Shown here: positions 28,501-44,500 of the stretch, in pieces
Position numbering within the stretch: position 1 is the stretch's first letter
Layout of the letters: each line of letters opens with the position of its first letter
Origin: the human T2T-CHM13v2.0 reference genome, Homo sapiens
DNA: 64,000 nt
Assembly (NCBI RefSeq): GCF_009914755.1
Contig: NC_060940.1
Strand: one strand, 5' to 3'
The notes under the pieces: generated by a model
Database searches by the model: none
Told to the model about the DNA's origin: nothing
Seen by the model: the letters and a program-made list of their open reading frames with translations, nothing else
Position numbers and translations under genes: made by a program

Positions 28501-31500
28501 ATTCCCTTTGATGATCATTCTATTTGATTCAATTCGGTGATTTCATTTCATTCTATTCAGTGATGTTTCCATTCGACTGTATTCCATGATGATTCCATTC
28601 GACTCCATTCGATTATGATTTCATTCAATTCCATTCAATAATGATTCCCTTCGAGTCCATTCGATGATTCCATTCGATTCCATTCAACGATGATTTGATT
28701 CGTTTCCATTCGATGATTCCATTTGATTCCACTTGATGATGATTCCATTCGAGTCCATTTGATGATTCCATTCGAGTCTATTTATGTATTATATTCGTGT
28801 CCTCTTCATGATTCCATTCAATTCCATTTAATGTTGATTCCATTTGATTCCATTTGATGATTCAGTTCGATTCCTTGCAATGATTCCCTACGATTCCTTT
28901 CTATGATGATTCCATTCGATTCCATTCATTGATGATTTCATTCGACTCCATTCGATGATTATTCCTTTCGATTCCATTTGACGATGTTTCCATTCGAGTC
29001 CATTCGATGATGATTCTATTCAATTCTGTTCTATTATGATTCCATTCGATTTCATTCAATGCTTCTATTTGATTCCATTCGATGATGATTCCATCTCTTT
29101 CCCTTCGATGATTCCATTTGATTCCATTCAGTGATGATTCCATTTGATTCCATCTGATGATGATTTCACTTGATTCCATTCAATGATGATTCAATTCAAG
29201 TCCATTCGATGATTCCATTGGAGTCCAAACGATCATTCCGTTCGATTCCATTCAATGGTGATTCCATTCATGTCCATTCGATGAATCCATTCAATTCCAT
29301 TCGATGATGACTCCATTCGAGTACATTCGATGATTCCATTTGATTCCATTGGAAGATGATTCCATTCAATTCCATTGGAAGATGATTCCATTCAATTCCA
29401 TTCGATGATGATTCCGTATGAATCCATTCTCTGATTATTCCATTCGATTCCATTCATTGACGATTCCATTCAATTCCATTCAATGATGATTCTCTTCTAT
29501 TCCATTCGATGATTCCGGTCGATGCCATTCGATGATGATTCCATTAGATTCCATTCGATTGTTGCATTCAATTCCCTTCGATGATGATTCCTTTGAATTC
29601 CATTCGATTATCATTCCGTATGAATCCATTTGATGATTATTCCATTGGATTCCTTTCGATGATGATTCCATTCGATTCCATTTGATGATGTTTCTCTTGT
29701 ATTCCATTGGATAATTCCTTTCAGTTCCCTTCGATGATTATTCTTTCGAGTCAATTCGATGATTCTATTCCATTCCCTTCGATGATGATTCCATTTCACT
29801 CCATTTGATGATTCCATTCGACTCAATTTGGTGATGATTCAATTCGATGACATTCGATGACTCCATTCAATTTCATTTGATGATGATTACATTCGAGTCC
29901 ATTTGATGATTGTATTCCTTTCCTTTTGATGATTATTCCATTCGTGTCTATTCAAAGGTTCCATTCTATTCCATTCAATGATGATTGCATTTGATTCCAT
30001 TCAATGATTATGGCTATCGATTCCACTCGTTGATTCCATTTGATTCCGTTCGATGATTATTCCGTTAGATTCCATTAGAAGATTCCATTCGATTTTATTC
30101 AATGATTCCAATGGATTCCATTCAATGATGATTCCATTCGACTCCATTCAGTGATTCCATTCGAGTCCATTTGATGATTCCATTCTTTTCCATTTGATGA
30201 TGATTCCATTAGGGTCCATTCAATGATTCCATTCGAGTCCATTCGTTAATGCCTTTCGAGTCCTTTTGATCACTACATTCGAGTCCATTCAATGATTCTA
30301 TTCGATTCCATTCCATGATGATTCCATTCGAGTTCATTCGATGATTGCATTCGAGTCCATTTGATGATTCCATATGATTCCCTTCGACAATGATTCCATT
30401 CGTGTCCATTTGATGATTCCATTCATTTCCTATCGATGAAGATTCCATTCAAGTGTATTCGATGATTCCATTCAAATCCATTCGATGATGATTCCATTCC
30501 AGTCCATTCGATCATTCCACTTGATTCCATTTGATGACTATTCCATTCAAATCCATTTGATGATTCCATTCGATTCCATTCGATGTTACCATTCGAGTAT
30601 ATACGATGATTCCACTCGATTCCATTTGATGATTATTCCATTGGAGTCCACTTAGTGAATCCTTTAGATTCTACTCGAAGATGATTCCATTCGAGTCCAT
30701 TCGATGATACCATTCAATTCCATTCGTTGATGCTTCCATTCAAGTGCATTCGATGATATCATTCGATTCCATTTGATGATAATTCCATTTGATTCCATGC
30801 GATGATTCTATTCGATTCCATTCAATGATAATTCCATTCAATTCAGTGATTCCTCTGGACTCCATTTGATGATGATTCCATTCAATGATTCCATTCGATT
30901 CTATTCGAAAATGATTCCATTTGAATCCATTTGATGATGATTCCATTGGATTCCATTTGATGATTCCATTCGATTCCATTCGATGATGATTCCATTCGAT
31001 TCCTTTTGATGATTCCATTCTATTGTATTCGATGATGATTCCATTCGATTCCATTCGATGATGATTGGATTCGATTCCATTTGATGATTTCATTTGATTC
31101 CATTCGATAATGATTTCGATCAAGTCCATTCGATGATTCCATTCGATTCCATTCGATAATGATTACATCCGAGTCCATTCGATGATTCCATTTGAGCCCG
31201 TTCGATAATTCCATTTGAGTCCAATCAATGATTCCATTCATTTCCATTCAATGATTCCATTCGAGTCCATTTGATCATTCCGGTAGGGTCCGTTCGATGT
31301 TGATTCCATTGGAGTGCATTCGATGATTCCATTCGAGTCCATTTTAGGATTTGATTCGAGTCCTTTCGATGATTCCATTCGATTGCACTCGATGATTTCA
31401 TTCGAGTCCATTCGACACTTCCAATCGATTCCATTTGATGTTTCCATTCGATTCCAATTGATGATTCCATTCAATTCCATTCGATGATGATTCCGTACGA

Positions 31501-34500
31501 TTCCATTCTGTGATGATTCCATGTGATTGCATTCAATGATGATTCCTTTCGATTGCATTCGATTATGATTCATTTCGTGTTCATTCTATGGTTCCACAGG
31601 TTTCCATTCGATGATGTTTCCATTCGTGTCCATTCCATTATTCCATTCTATTCCATTTGAAGATGATTCCATTCGATTCCATTCATTGGTGATTCCACTC
31701 AATTCCATTCAATGATTCCATTCCATTTCTTTCAACAATGATTCCATTAGTTTCTATTCGATGATCCACTTGATTCCATTTGACGATGATTCCATTCGTG
31801 TCCATTCGATGATTCCATTTGATTCCATATGATGATGATTCCATTCGATTCCATACGATGATGATTCCATTCGAGTCCATTCAATGGTGATTCCATTCAA
31901 TTCCATTCGATGATTCCTTTCGATTCCATTCAATGATGATGGCATTCGATTCCTTTCGATCATTCCCTTTGATTCCATTCAAAGGTGATTTCATTCAAGT
32001 CCATTCGATAATTGCATTCGATTCCATTCTATGATGATTCCATTCGAGTCCATTTGATGATTCCATTCAATTCAAGTCAATGATGATTCCGTTCGATTCC
32101 ACTCGATGATTCCATTGGATTCCATTCGATGATGATTCCATTCAAATCCATTCGATAATTCAATTCAAGTCCATTCGATGATGATTCCAATCGAATCCAT
32201 TCAAAGATTCCACTCAATTCCATTCGATGATGATTCCCTTAGATTCCATTCGATGATTCCACTTGATTCCATTTACGATGATTCCATTCGATTCCATGTG
32301 ATGATTCCATTCAATTCTATTCAATGATGTTTCCACTTGATTCCATTCGAACATGATTGCCTTTGATTCCATTCAATGATTCCATACGGTTCCATTTGAT
32401 GATGATTCCATTCGAGTGCATTAGATGATTCCACTCGAGTCCATTCGATGATTCCATTCGATTCCATTCGATGTTGATTCTGTTCAAATCCATTCGATGA
32501 TTCCACTCGATTCCATTCGATGACTCCATTTGATCCCATTCGATGATTTCCTTTGATTCCCTTTGATGATCATTCCATTTGATTCAATTCGGTGATTTCA
32601 TTTGATTCCATTCAGTGATGTTTCCATTCAACTCCTTTCGATGATGATTCCATTCGACTCCATTCGATTATGATTTCATTCAATTCCATTCGATAATGAT
32701 TCCCTTCAAGTCCATTCGATGATTCCATTCGATTCCATTCAACGATGATTTGATTCGTGTCCATTCGATGATTCCATTTGATTCCATTTGATGATGATTC
32801 CATTCGAGTCCCTTTGATGATTCCATTCAATTCCATTCTCCGATGATTTCTTTTGAGCCCATTCAATGCTTCCACTCGATTCCATAAGATGATGACTCCA
32901 TTTGATGTAATTCCATGATGATTCCATTCGCTTGCATTCGATGATGATTCCACTTGAGTCCGTTAGAAGATTCTATTCAATTACATTCCATGACGATTCT
33001 GTTCGAGTCCATTTGATGATTCCATTAGACTCCATTCGACGATGATTCCATTCGATGTTATTCGATGATGATTCCATTCAACTCCATTCGATGTTTCCAT
33101 TCGAGTTCATTCTATTATTCCATTAGATTCCATTCGATGATGATTCCATTCGATTCCATTTGATGATTGCATTCTATTTCATTTGATGATGATTCCATTC
33201 GAGTCCATTCGATGATTCCATTCGAGTCCATTTAATGAATCCATTGGTTTCAATTGTATGATGATTACATTTGATTCCATTCGTTGATGATTTCATTCGA
33301 TTCCATTCAATGATGATTCCATTCAATTCCATTCAATGATTCCATTCAATTCCATACGATGATGATTCCATTTGATTTGATTCGACAGTGAGCCATTCGA
33401 TTCAATTCCATGATGATTCTATTTGATTCAATTGGTTGACATTTCCATTCGATTCCATTCGATGATGATTCCATTTGATTCCATTCAAAGATGATTCCAT
33501 TCTAGCCCATTCAATCATTCCATTCGATTCTATTCAATGATGATTCCATTCATGTCGATTTGGTGATTCCATTTGACTTCATTTGATGATGATTCCTTTC
33601 AAGTTCATTAGATGATTCCATTCGATTCCATTTGATGATGATCCCATTCGAGTCCATTCAGTGATTCCACTCGTTTCCATTCCATGATGATTCCATTCCA
33701 TTCCATTCAATGATTCCATTCGATTCCGTTTGATGATGATTTCATTCGAGTCCATTTGATGATTCCATTTGATTCCATTCGATGATGATTACATTCGAGT
33801 CCATACGATGATTCCACTCAATTCCATATGATGATGATTCCATTCGATTCCATTCGATGATTCCATTCTATTCTATTCAATGGTGATTCCATTCGAGTAC
33901 ATTAGATGATTCCATTCGATTCCATTCAATGATGATTCTATTTGTGTCCCTTAGATGGTTCCACATGATTCCATTTCATGATGATACTATTTGAGCCCAT
34001 CCAATGATTCCCTTCGATTCCATTCGATGAGGATTCCATTCGATTCAATTCATTGGTGATTCTATTCAATTCAATTCTTTGATTCCATTCCATTCCATTC
34101 GACAATGATTCCATTCGATTTCTTTCGATGATTCCACTCGATTCCACTTGACATTGATTCCATTCGATTCCATTCAATGATTCCGTTTGATTCCAGTGGA
34201 TGATGATTGCCATCGATTCCATTCGATCACTCCATTCTATTCCATTTGATGATGATTACATTCGATTCCATTTGATGATTCCATCTGATTCTATTCGAGG
34301 ATTCCATTTGATTCCATTCGATGATGATTCCATTCGAGTGCATTCGATGATTTCATTCGAGTACATCCAATGATTCCATTCGAGTCCATTTGATGATTCC
34401 ATTTGATTCCATTTGATTATGATTCTACTAGAGTCCATTCAATGACTCCATTCGAATCCATTCAACAATTCCATTCGAGGCCATTCGATGATTCCATTTC

Positions 34501-35539
34501 ATGATTCCATTCGAGTCCATTTAATCATTACAGTCGAGTCCATTTGGTGATTCCACTGGATTTCTTTTGATAATGATACCATTCAATTACATTTGATGAT
34601 GATCCCATTCAATTTCATTTGATGGTGATTCCATTAGAGTCCATTCGATGATTTCATTCGAGTCCCTTCATTGATTCCATCCGATTTCATTGGATGATGA
34701 CTCCATTCGAGTCCATTCGATGATTCCACTCGATTCCATTAGATGATTCCATTGGAGTCCATTTGATTGTTCCATTCGATTCTATTCGATTCCTTTCGAA
34801 GATTATTCCATTTGAGTCCATTCGATGATGATTCCATTCCATTCCAATCGATGATTCCGTTTGATTCCATTCGATGATTCCCTTCGATTCCTTTCTTTGA
34901 TGATTCCATTCCATTCCATTCAATGATTCCATTCGAATCTATTCCATGATGATTCCTTTCGATTCCATTCGCTGATGTTTCCGTTCAATTCCATTCGATG
35001 ATGATTCCATTCGATTCCATTCATTGAGGATTCCATTTGATTCCATTCAATGATGATTCCATTCTATTCCATTCAATGATTGCATTCAATTCCATTCAAT
35101 GATTATCCCCTTAGAGTAAACTCAACGATTCCATTCAATACCATTCGATGATGATTCCTTTTGAGTCCATTCAATGATTTCATTCAAGTCCATTTGATGA
35201 TTCCTTTCAATTCCATTCTATGATGATTCCATTCGAGTCCATTCGATGATTCCATTCGATTGCATTCGATGATTCCATTATATTCCATTCAACGGTGATT
35301 CCATTCGAGTCCATTCGATGATTCCATTAGAGTACATTTAATGATTGTTTGTTTTCAATTCGAAGATGATTACATTGGATTCCATTCTATGATACCATTC
35401 GATTCCATTCAATGATGATTCCACTCAAATCCATTGGATGATTCCATTCGTGTCCATTCGGTGATTTCATTAGATTCCATTCGAGGATGATTCCATTCGA
35501 TTCCATTCGATGATTCCATTCAATTCCATTCGATGATGA
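25558..35539 (+). repeat. ~9.96-kb composite higher-order unit, copy 3 (9,982 bp)
   Basis: Offset 25405->35387 equals 9,982. Same block order, including the ~1.83-kb variant segment. Confidence 0.9.
28775..30605 (+). repeat. ~1.83-kb divergent HSat2 segment X, copy 3
   Basis: Same unique k-mers. ORFs 28901/29268/29480/30209 are offset 9,959 from copy 2. Confidence 0.8.
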
Positions 35540-38500
35540 TTCCATTCCAGTCCATATGATCATTCCATTTGATTTCATTCGATGATGATTCCATTCGATT
35601 CCATTCGATGATTCCATTCTATTCCATTCGATGATGATTCCATTCGAGTCCATTCGATGATTCCATTCGAGTCCATTTAATGATTCCATTGGGTTCAATT
35701 CAATGATGATTACATTGGATTCCGTTCTATGATTCCATTCAATTCCGTTCATTGACAATTTGATTCCATTCGATGATGATTCCATTTGAGTTCATTCGAT
35801 GATTCTATTCGATTCTCTTCGATGGTGATTCAATTCTATTATATTGGATGATTCCATTCGATTCCATTTGATGTTGATTCAATTCGATTCTATTCGATGA
35901 TGATTCCATTGGATTTCACTTGATGATTCTATTCGATTCCATTCAATGATGATTCACTTCTCGTCCATTGGATGATTCCATTTCATTCCATTCGATGATG
36001 ATTCCATTCGATTCCATTCGATGATTCCATTTGATTCCATGCGTCGGTGAGCAATTCGATTCAATTCCATGATGATTCTATTTGATTCAATTAGATGATG
36101 TTTCCATTCGAATCCATTCCATGATTATTCCATTGGAATCCATTTGGCGATGATTCCATATGAGTCAATTCAATGATGATTCCATATGGGTCCGTTCGAT
36201 GATGATTCCATTTGATTTCATTCGATGCTTCTATTCTATTCCAGTCGATGATGATTCCGTTGGAGTCCATACGATGATTCCATTTGATTTCATTTGATGA
36301 TGATTCCATTCGATGATGATTACATTGGATTCCATTCTATGATTCCATTCAATTCCATTCGTTGATGATTCGATTCCATTCAATGATGATTCCATTTGAG
36401 TTCAATCGATGATTCTATTCGATTCCGTTCGATGGTGATTCAATTCTCTTATATTGGATGAATCCACTCGATTCCATTTGATGATTATTCCATTGGAGTC
36501 CACTTAGTGAATCCTTCAGATTCTACTCGAAGATGATTCCATTCAAGTCCATTCGATGATACCATTCAATTCCATTCGTTGATGCTTCCATTCAAGTGCA
36601 TTCGATGATATCATTCGATTCCATTTGATGATAATTCCATTTGATTCTATGCGATGATTCTATTCGATTCCATTCAATGATAATTCCATTCAGTTCAGTG
36701 ATTCCTCTGGACTCTATTTGATGATGATTCCGTTCAATGATTCCATTCGATTCTATTCGAAAATGATTCCATTTGAATCCATTTGATGATGATTCCATTA
36801 GATTCCATTTGATGATTCCATTCGATTCCATGCGACGATGATTCCATTCGATTCCATGTGATGATTCCATTCTATTCTATTCGATGATGATTCCATTCGA
36901 TTCCATTCGATGATGATTGGATTCGATTCCATTTGATGATTTCATTTGATTCCATTCGTTAATGATTTCGATCAATTCCATTCGATGATTCCATTCGATT
37001 CCATTCGATAATAATTACATCCGTGTCCATTCAGTGATTCCATTTGAGCCTGTTCGATAATTCCATTTGAGTCCAACCAATGATTCCATTCATTTCCATT
37101 CAATGATTCCATTCGAGTCCATTTGATCATTCCGGTAGGGTCCATTCGATGTTGATTCCATTGGAGTGCATTCGATGATTCCATTCGAGTCCATTTAATG
37201 ATTTGATTCGAGTCCTTTCGATGATTCCATTCGATTCCACTCGATGATGATTTCATTCGAGTCCATTCGACACTTCCAATCGATTCCATTTGATGTTTCC
37301 ATTCGAGTCCAATTGATGATTCCATTCAATTCCATTCGATGATGATTCCGTACGATTCCATTCTGTGATGATTCCATGTGATTGCATTCAATGATGATTC
37401 CTTTAGATTGCATTCGATTGTGATTCATTTCGTCTTCATTCTATGGTTCCACAGGTTTCCATTCGTGTCCATTCCATTATTCCATTCTATTCCATTTGAT
37501 GATGATTCCTTTCGATTCCATTCATTGGTGATTCCACTCAATTCCATTCAATGATTCCATTCCATTTCTTTCAACAATGATTCCATTAGTTTCTAATCGA
37601 TGATCCACTTGATTCCATTTGACGACGATTCCATTCTTGTCCATTCGATGATTCCATTTGATTCCATATGATGATGATTCCATTCGATTCCATACCATGA
37701 TGATTCCATTCGAGTCCATTCAATGGTGATTCCATTCAATTCCATTCGATGATTCCTTTCGATTCCATTCGATGATGATGGCATTCGATTCCTTTCAATC
37801 ATTCCCTTTGATTCCATTCAAAGGTGATTTCATTCAAGTCCATTCGATAATTGCATTCGATTCCATTCTATGATGATTCCATTCGAGTCCATTTGATGAT
37901 TCCATTCAATTCAAGTCAATGATGATTCCATTCGATTCCATTCGATGATTCGATTGGATTCCATTCGATGATGATTCCATTCAAATCCATTCGATAATTC
38001 AATTCAAGTCCATTCGATGATGATTAAAATCGAATCCATTCAAAGATTCCATTCAGTTCCATTCGATGATTCCCTTAGATTCCATTCGATGATTCCACTT
38101 GATTTCATTTACGATGATTCCATTCGATTCCATGTGATGATTCCATTCAATTCTATTCAATGCTGTTTCCATTTGATTCCATTCGACCATGATTGCCTTT
38201 GATTCCATTCAATGACTCCATTCGGTTCCTTTTGATGATGATTCCGTTCGATTCCATTTCATTATTCAATTTGATTCCATTGGATGAGTCCATTCGATTA
38301 CATTCGATGATTATTCCATTCGAGTGCATTAGATGATTCCATTCGAGTCCATTCGATGATTCCATTCGATTCCATTCGATGTTGATTCTGTTCAAATCCA
38401 TTCGATGATTCCACTCGATTCCATTCGATGACTCCAGTTGATCCCATTCGATGATTTCCTTTGATTCCCTTTGATGATCATTCCATTTGATTCAATTCGG

Positions 38501-41500
38501 TGATTTCATTTGATTCCATTCAGTGATGTTTCCATTCGACTCCATTCGATGATGATTCCATTCGACTCCATTCGATTATGATTTCATTCAATTCCATTCG
38601 ATAATGATTCCCTTCGAGTCCATTCGATGATTCCATTCGATTCCATTCAACGATGATTTGATTCGTGTCCATTCGATGATTCCATTTGATTCCACTGGAT
38701 GATGATTCCATTCGAGTCCATTTGATGATTCCATTCAATTCCATTCTCCGATGATTTCTTTTGAGCCCATTCAATGCTTCCACTCGATTCCATATGATGA
38801 TGACTCCATTCGATGAAATTCGATGATGATTCCATTCGCTTGCATTCAATGATGATTAAACTTGAGTCCATTAGAAGATTCTATTCAATTACATTCCATG
38901 ACGATTCCGTTCGAGTCCATTTGATGATTCCATTAGACTCCATTCGACGATGATTCCATTCGATGTTATTCGATGATTCCATTCGATCTCATTCGATGAT
39001 GATTCCATTCAACTCCATTCGATGTTTCCATTCGAGTTCATTCTATTATTCCATTAGATTCCATTCGATGATGATTCCATTCGATTCCATTTGATGATTG
39101 CATTCTATTTCATTTGATGATGATTCCATTCGAGTCCACTCGATGATTCCATTCGAGTCCATTTAATGAATCCATTGGTTTCAATTCTATGATGATTACA
39201 TTGGATTCCATTCGTTGATGATTTCATTCGGTTCCATTCAATGATGATTCCATTCAATTCCTTTCAATGTTTCCATTCAATTCCATACGATGATGATTCC
39301 ATTTGATTTGATTCGACAGTGAGCCATTCGATTCAATTCCATGATGATTCTATTTGATTCAATTGGTTGACATTTCCATTCGATTCCATTCGATGATGAT
39401 TCCCTTTGATTCCATTCAAAGATGATTCCATTCTAGCCCATTCAATCATTCCATTCGATTCTATTCAATGATGATTCCATTCATGTCGATTTGGTGATTC
39501 CATTTGACTTCATTTGATGATGATTCCTTTCAAGTTCATTAGATGATTCCATTCGATTCCATTGGATGATGATCCCATTCGAGTCCATTCAGTGATTCCA
39601 CTCGTTTCCATTCCATGATGATTCCATTCCATTCCATTCAATGATTCCATTCGATTCCGTTTGATGATGATTTCATTCGAGTCCATTTGATGATTCCATT
39701 TGATTCCATTCGATGATGATTCCATTCGAGTCCATTCGATGATTCTATTCGAATCCATTTGATGATTTCTCTTGATTATAGTTGGTGATGATTCCATTGG
39801 AGTCCATTCAATGATTCCATTCGATTCCAATCGATGGTGATTCCATTAGAGTCCATTTAATGATTCCATTTGATTCCAGTCTCTGATGATTACATTCGAG
39901 TCCATACAATGATTCCACTCAATTCCATATGATGATGATTCCATTCGATTCCATTCGATGATTCCGTTCTATTCTATTCAATGGTGATTCCATTCGAGTA
40001 CATTAGATGATTCCATTCGATTCCATTCAATGATGATTCTATTTGTGTCCCTTAGATGATTCCACATGATTCCATTAGATGATGATACTATTTGAGCCCA
40101 TCCAATGATTCCCTTCGATTCCATTCGATGAGGATTCCATTCGATTCAATTCATTGGTGATTCTATTCAATTCAATTCTTTGATTCCATTCCATTCCATT
40201 CGATAATGATTCCATTCGATTTCTTTCGATGATTCCACTCGATTCCACTTGACATTGATTCCATTCGATTCCATTCAATGATTCCATTTGATTCCAGTGG
40301 ATGATGATTGCCATCGATTCCATTCGATCACTCCATTCTATTCCATTTGATGATGATTACATTCGATTCCATTTGATGATTCCATCTGATTCTATTCGAG
40401 GATTCCATTTGATTCCATTCGATGATGATTCCATTCGAGTCCATTCGATGATTTCATTCGAGTACATCCAATGATTCCATTCGAGTCCATTTGATGATTC
40501 CATTTGATTCCATTTGATAATGATTCTACTAGAGTCCATTCAATGACTCCATTGGAGTCCATTCAACAATTCCATTCGACTCCATTCGATGATTCCATTC
40601 GAGTCCATTTAATCATTACAGTCGAGTCCATTTGGTGATTCCACCGGATTTCTTTTGATAGTGATATCATTCAATTACATTTGATGATGATCCCATTCAA
40701 TTTCATTTGATGATGATTCCATTAGAGTCCATTCGATGATTTCATTCGAGTCCCTTCATTGATTCCATCCGATTTCATTGGATGATGACTCCATTCGAGT
40801 CCATTCGATGATTCCACTCGATTCCATTAGATGATTCCATTGGAGTCCATTTGATTGTTCCATTCGATTCCATTCGATTCCTTTCGAAGATTATTCCCTT
40901 TGATTCCTTTCTGTGATGATTCCATTCCATTCCATTCAATGATTCCATTCGAATCTATTCCATGATGATTCCTTTCGATTCCATTCGCTGATGTTTCCGT
41001 TCAATTCCATTCGATGATGATTCCATTCGATTCCATTCATTGAGGATTCCATTTGATTCCATTCAATGATGATTCCATTCTATTCCATTCAATGATTGCA
41101 TTCAATTCCATTCAAAGATTATCCCCTTAGAGTAAACTCAACGATTCCATTCAATACCATTCGATGATGATTCCTTTTGAGTCCATTCAATGATTTCATT
41201 CAAGTCCATTTGATGATTCCTTTCAATTCCATTCTATGATGATTCCATTCTAGACCATTCGATGATTCCATTCGATTGCATTCGATGATTCCATTATATT
41301 CCATTCAACGATGATTCCATTCGAGTCCATTCGATGATTCCATTAGAGTACATTTAATGATAGCTTTGTTTTCAATTCGAAGATGATTACATTGGATTCC
41401 ATTCTATGATACCATTCGATTCCATTCAATGATGATTCCACTCAAAACCATTGGATGATTCCATTCGTGTCCATTCGGTGATTTCATTAGATTCCATTCG

Positions 41501-41556
41501 AGGATGATTCCATTCGATTCCATTCGATGATTCCATTCAATTCCATTCGATGATGA
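35540..41556 (+). repeat. Near full-length ~6.1-kb base unit (6,017 bp)
   Basis: Marker TTCCATTCCAGTCCATATG at 35540 and 41557. All canonical blocks are present, with a 72-bp deletion near 40895. Confidence 0.88.
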
Positions 41557-44500
41557 TTCCATTCCAGTCCATATGATCATTCCATTTGATTTCATTCGAT
41601 GATGATTCCATTCGATTCCATTCGATGATTCCATTCTATTCCATTCGATGATGATTCCATTCGAGTCGATTCGATCATTCCATTCGAGTCCATTTAATGA
41701 TTCCATTGGGTTCAATTCAATGATGATTACATTGGATTCCTTTCTATGATTCCATTCAATTCCGTTCATTGACAATTTGATTCCATTCGATGATGATTCC
41801 ATTTGAGTTCATTCGATGATTCTATTCGATTCTCTTCGATGGTGATTCAATTCTATTATATTGGATGATTCCATTCGATTCCATTTGATGTTGATTCAAT
41901 TCGATTCTATTCGATGATGATTCCATTGGATTTCACTTGATGATTCTATTCGATTCCATTCAATGATGATTCGCTTTTCGTCCATTGGATGATTCCATTT
42001 CATTCCATTCGATGATGATTCCATTCGATTCCATTCGATGATTCCATTCGATTCCATGCGACGGTGAGCAATTCGATTCAATTCCATGATGATTCTATTT
42101 GATTCAATTAGATGATGTTTCCATTCGAATCCATTCCATGATTATTCCATTGGAATCCATTCGGCGATGATTCCATATGAGTCAATTCAATGATGATTCC
42201 ATATGGGTCCGTTCGATGATAATTCCATTTGATTTCATTCGATGCTTCTATTCAATTCCAGTCGATGATGATTCCGTTGGAGTCCATACGATGATTCCAT
42301 TTGATTTCATTTGATGATGATTCCATTCGATGATGATTACATTGGATTCCATTCTATGATTCCATTCAATTCCATTCGTTGATGATTCGATTCCATTCAA
42401 TGATGATTCCATTTGAGTTCATTCGATGATTCTATTCGATTCCGTTCGATGGTGATTCAATTCTATTATATTGGATGATTCCACTCGATTCCATTTGATG
42501 ATTATTCCATTGGAGTCCACTTAGTGAATCCTTTAGATTCTACTCGAAGATGATTCCATTCGAGTCCATTCGATGATACCATTCAATTCCATTCGTTGAT
42601 GCTTCCATTCAAGTGCATTCGATGATATCATTCGATTCCATTTGATGATAATTCCATTTGATTCCATGCGATGATTCTATTCGATTCCATTCAATGATAA
42701 TTCCATTCAATTCAGTGATTCCTCTGGACTCCATTTGATGATGATTCCATTCAATGATTCCATTCGATTCTATTCGAAAATGATTCCATTTGAATCCATT
42801 TGATGATGATTCCATTAGATTCCATTTGATGATTCCATTCGATTCCATTCGACGATGATTCCATTCGATTCCGTTTGATGATTCCATTCTATTCTATTCG
42901 ATGATGATTCCATTCGATTCCATTCGATGATGATTGGATTCGATTCCATTTGATGATTTCATTTGATTCCATTCGTTAATGATTTCGATCAATTCCATTC
43001 GATGATTCCATTCGATTCCATTCGATAATGATTACATCCGAGTCCATCGATTGTTCCATTTGAGCCTGTTCGATAATTCCATTTGAGTCCAACCAATGAT
43101 TCCATTCATTTCCATTCAATGATTCCATTCGAGTCCATTTGATCATTCCGGTAGGGTCCATTCGATGTTGATTCCATTGGAGTGCATTCGATGATTCCAT
43201 TCGAGTCCATTTTATGATTTGTTTCGAGTCCTTTCGATGATTCCATTCGATTCCACTCGATGATGATTTCATTCGAGTCCATTCGACACTTCCAATCGAT
43301 TCCATTTGATGTTTCCATTCGAGTCCAATTGATGATTCCATTCAATTCCATTCGATGATGATTCCGTACGATTCCATTCTGTGATGATTCCATGTGATTG
43401 CATTCAATGATGATTCCTTTCGATTGCATTCGATTATGATTCATTTCGTGTTCATTCTATGGTTCCACAGGTTTCCATTCGTGTCCATTCCATTATTCCA
43501 TTCTATTCCATTTGATGATGATTCCATTCGAATCCATTCATTGGTGATTCCACTCAATTCCATTCAATGATTCCATTCCATTTCTTTCAACAATGATTCC
43601 ATTAGTTTCTAATCGATGATCCACTTGATTCCATTTGACGATGATTCCATTCTTGTCCATTCGATGATTCCATTTGATTCCACATGATGATGATTCCATT
43701 CGATTCCATACCATGATGATTCCATTCGAGTCCATTCAATGGTGATTCCATTCAATTCCATTCGATGATTCCTTTCGATTCCATTCGATGATGATGGCAT
43801 TCGATTCCTTTCGATCATTCCCTTTGATTCCATTCAAAGGTGATTTCATTCAAGTCCATTCGATAATTGCATTCGATTCCATTCTATGATGATTCCATTC
43901 GAGTTCATTTGATGATTCCACTCAATTCAAGTCAATGATGATTCCATTCGATTCCATTTGATGATTCCATTGGATTCCATTCGATGATGATTCCATTCAA
44001 ATCCATTCGATAATTCAATTCAAGTCCATTCGATGATGATTCCAATCGAATCCATTCAAAGATTCCATTCAGTTCCATTCGATGATTCCCTTAGATTCCA
44101 TTCGATGATTCCACTTGATTCCATTTACGATGATTCCATTCGATTCCATGTGATGTTTCCATTCAATTCATTTCAATGATGTTTCCATTTGATTCCATTC
44201 GACCATGATTGCCTTTGATTCCATTCAATGATTCCATTCGGTTCCTATTGATGATGATTCCGTTCGATTCCATTTGATGATTCCATTTGATTCCATTGGA
44301 TGAGTCCATTCGATTACATTCGATGATTATTCCATTCGAGTGCATTAGATGATTCCATTCGAGTCCATTCGATGATTCCATTCGATTCCATTCGATGTTG
44401 ATTCTGTTCAAATCCATTCAATGATTCCACTCGATTCCATTTAATGACTCCATTTGATCCCATTCGATGATTTCCTGTGATTCCCTTTGATGATCATTCC

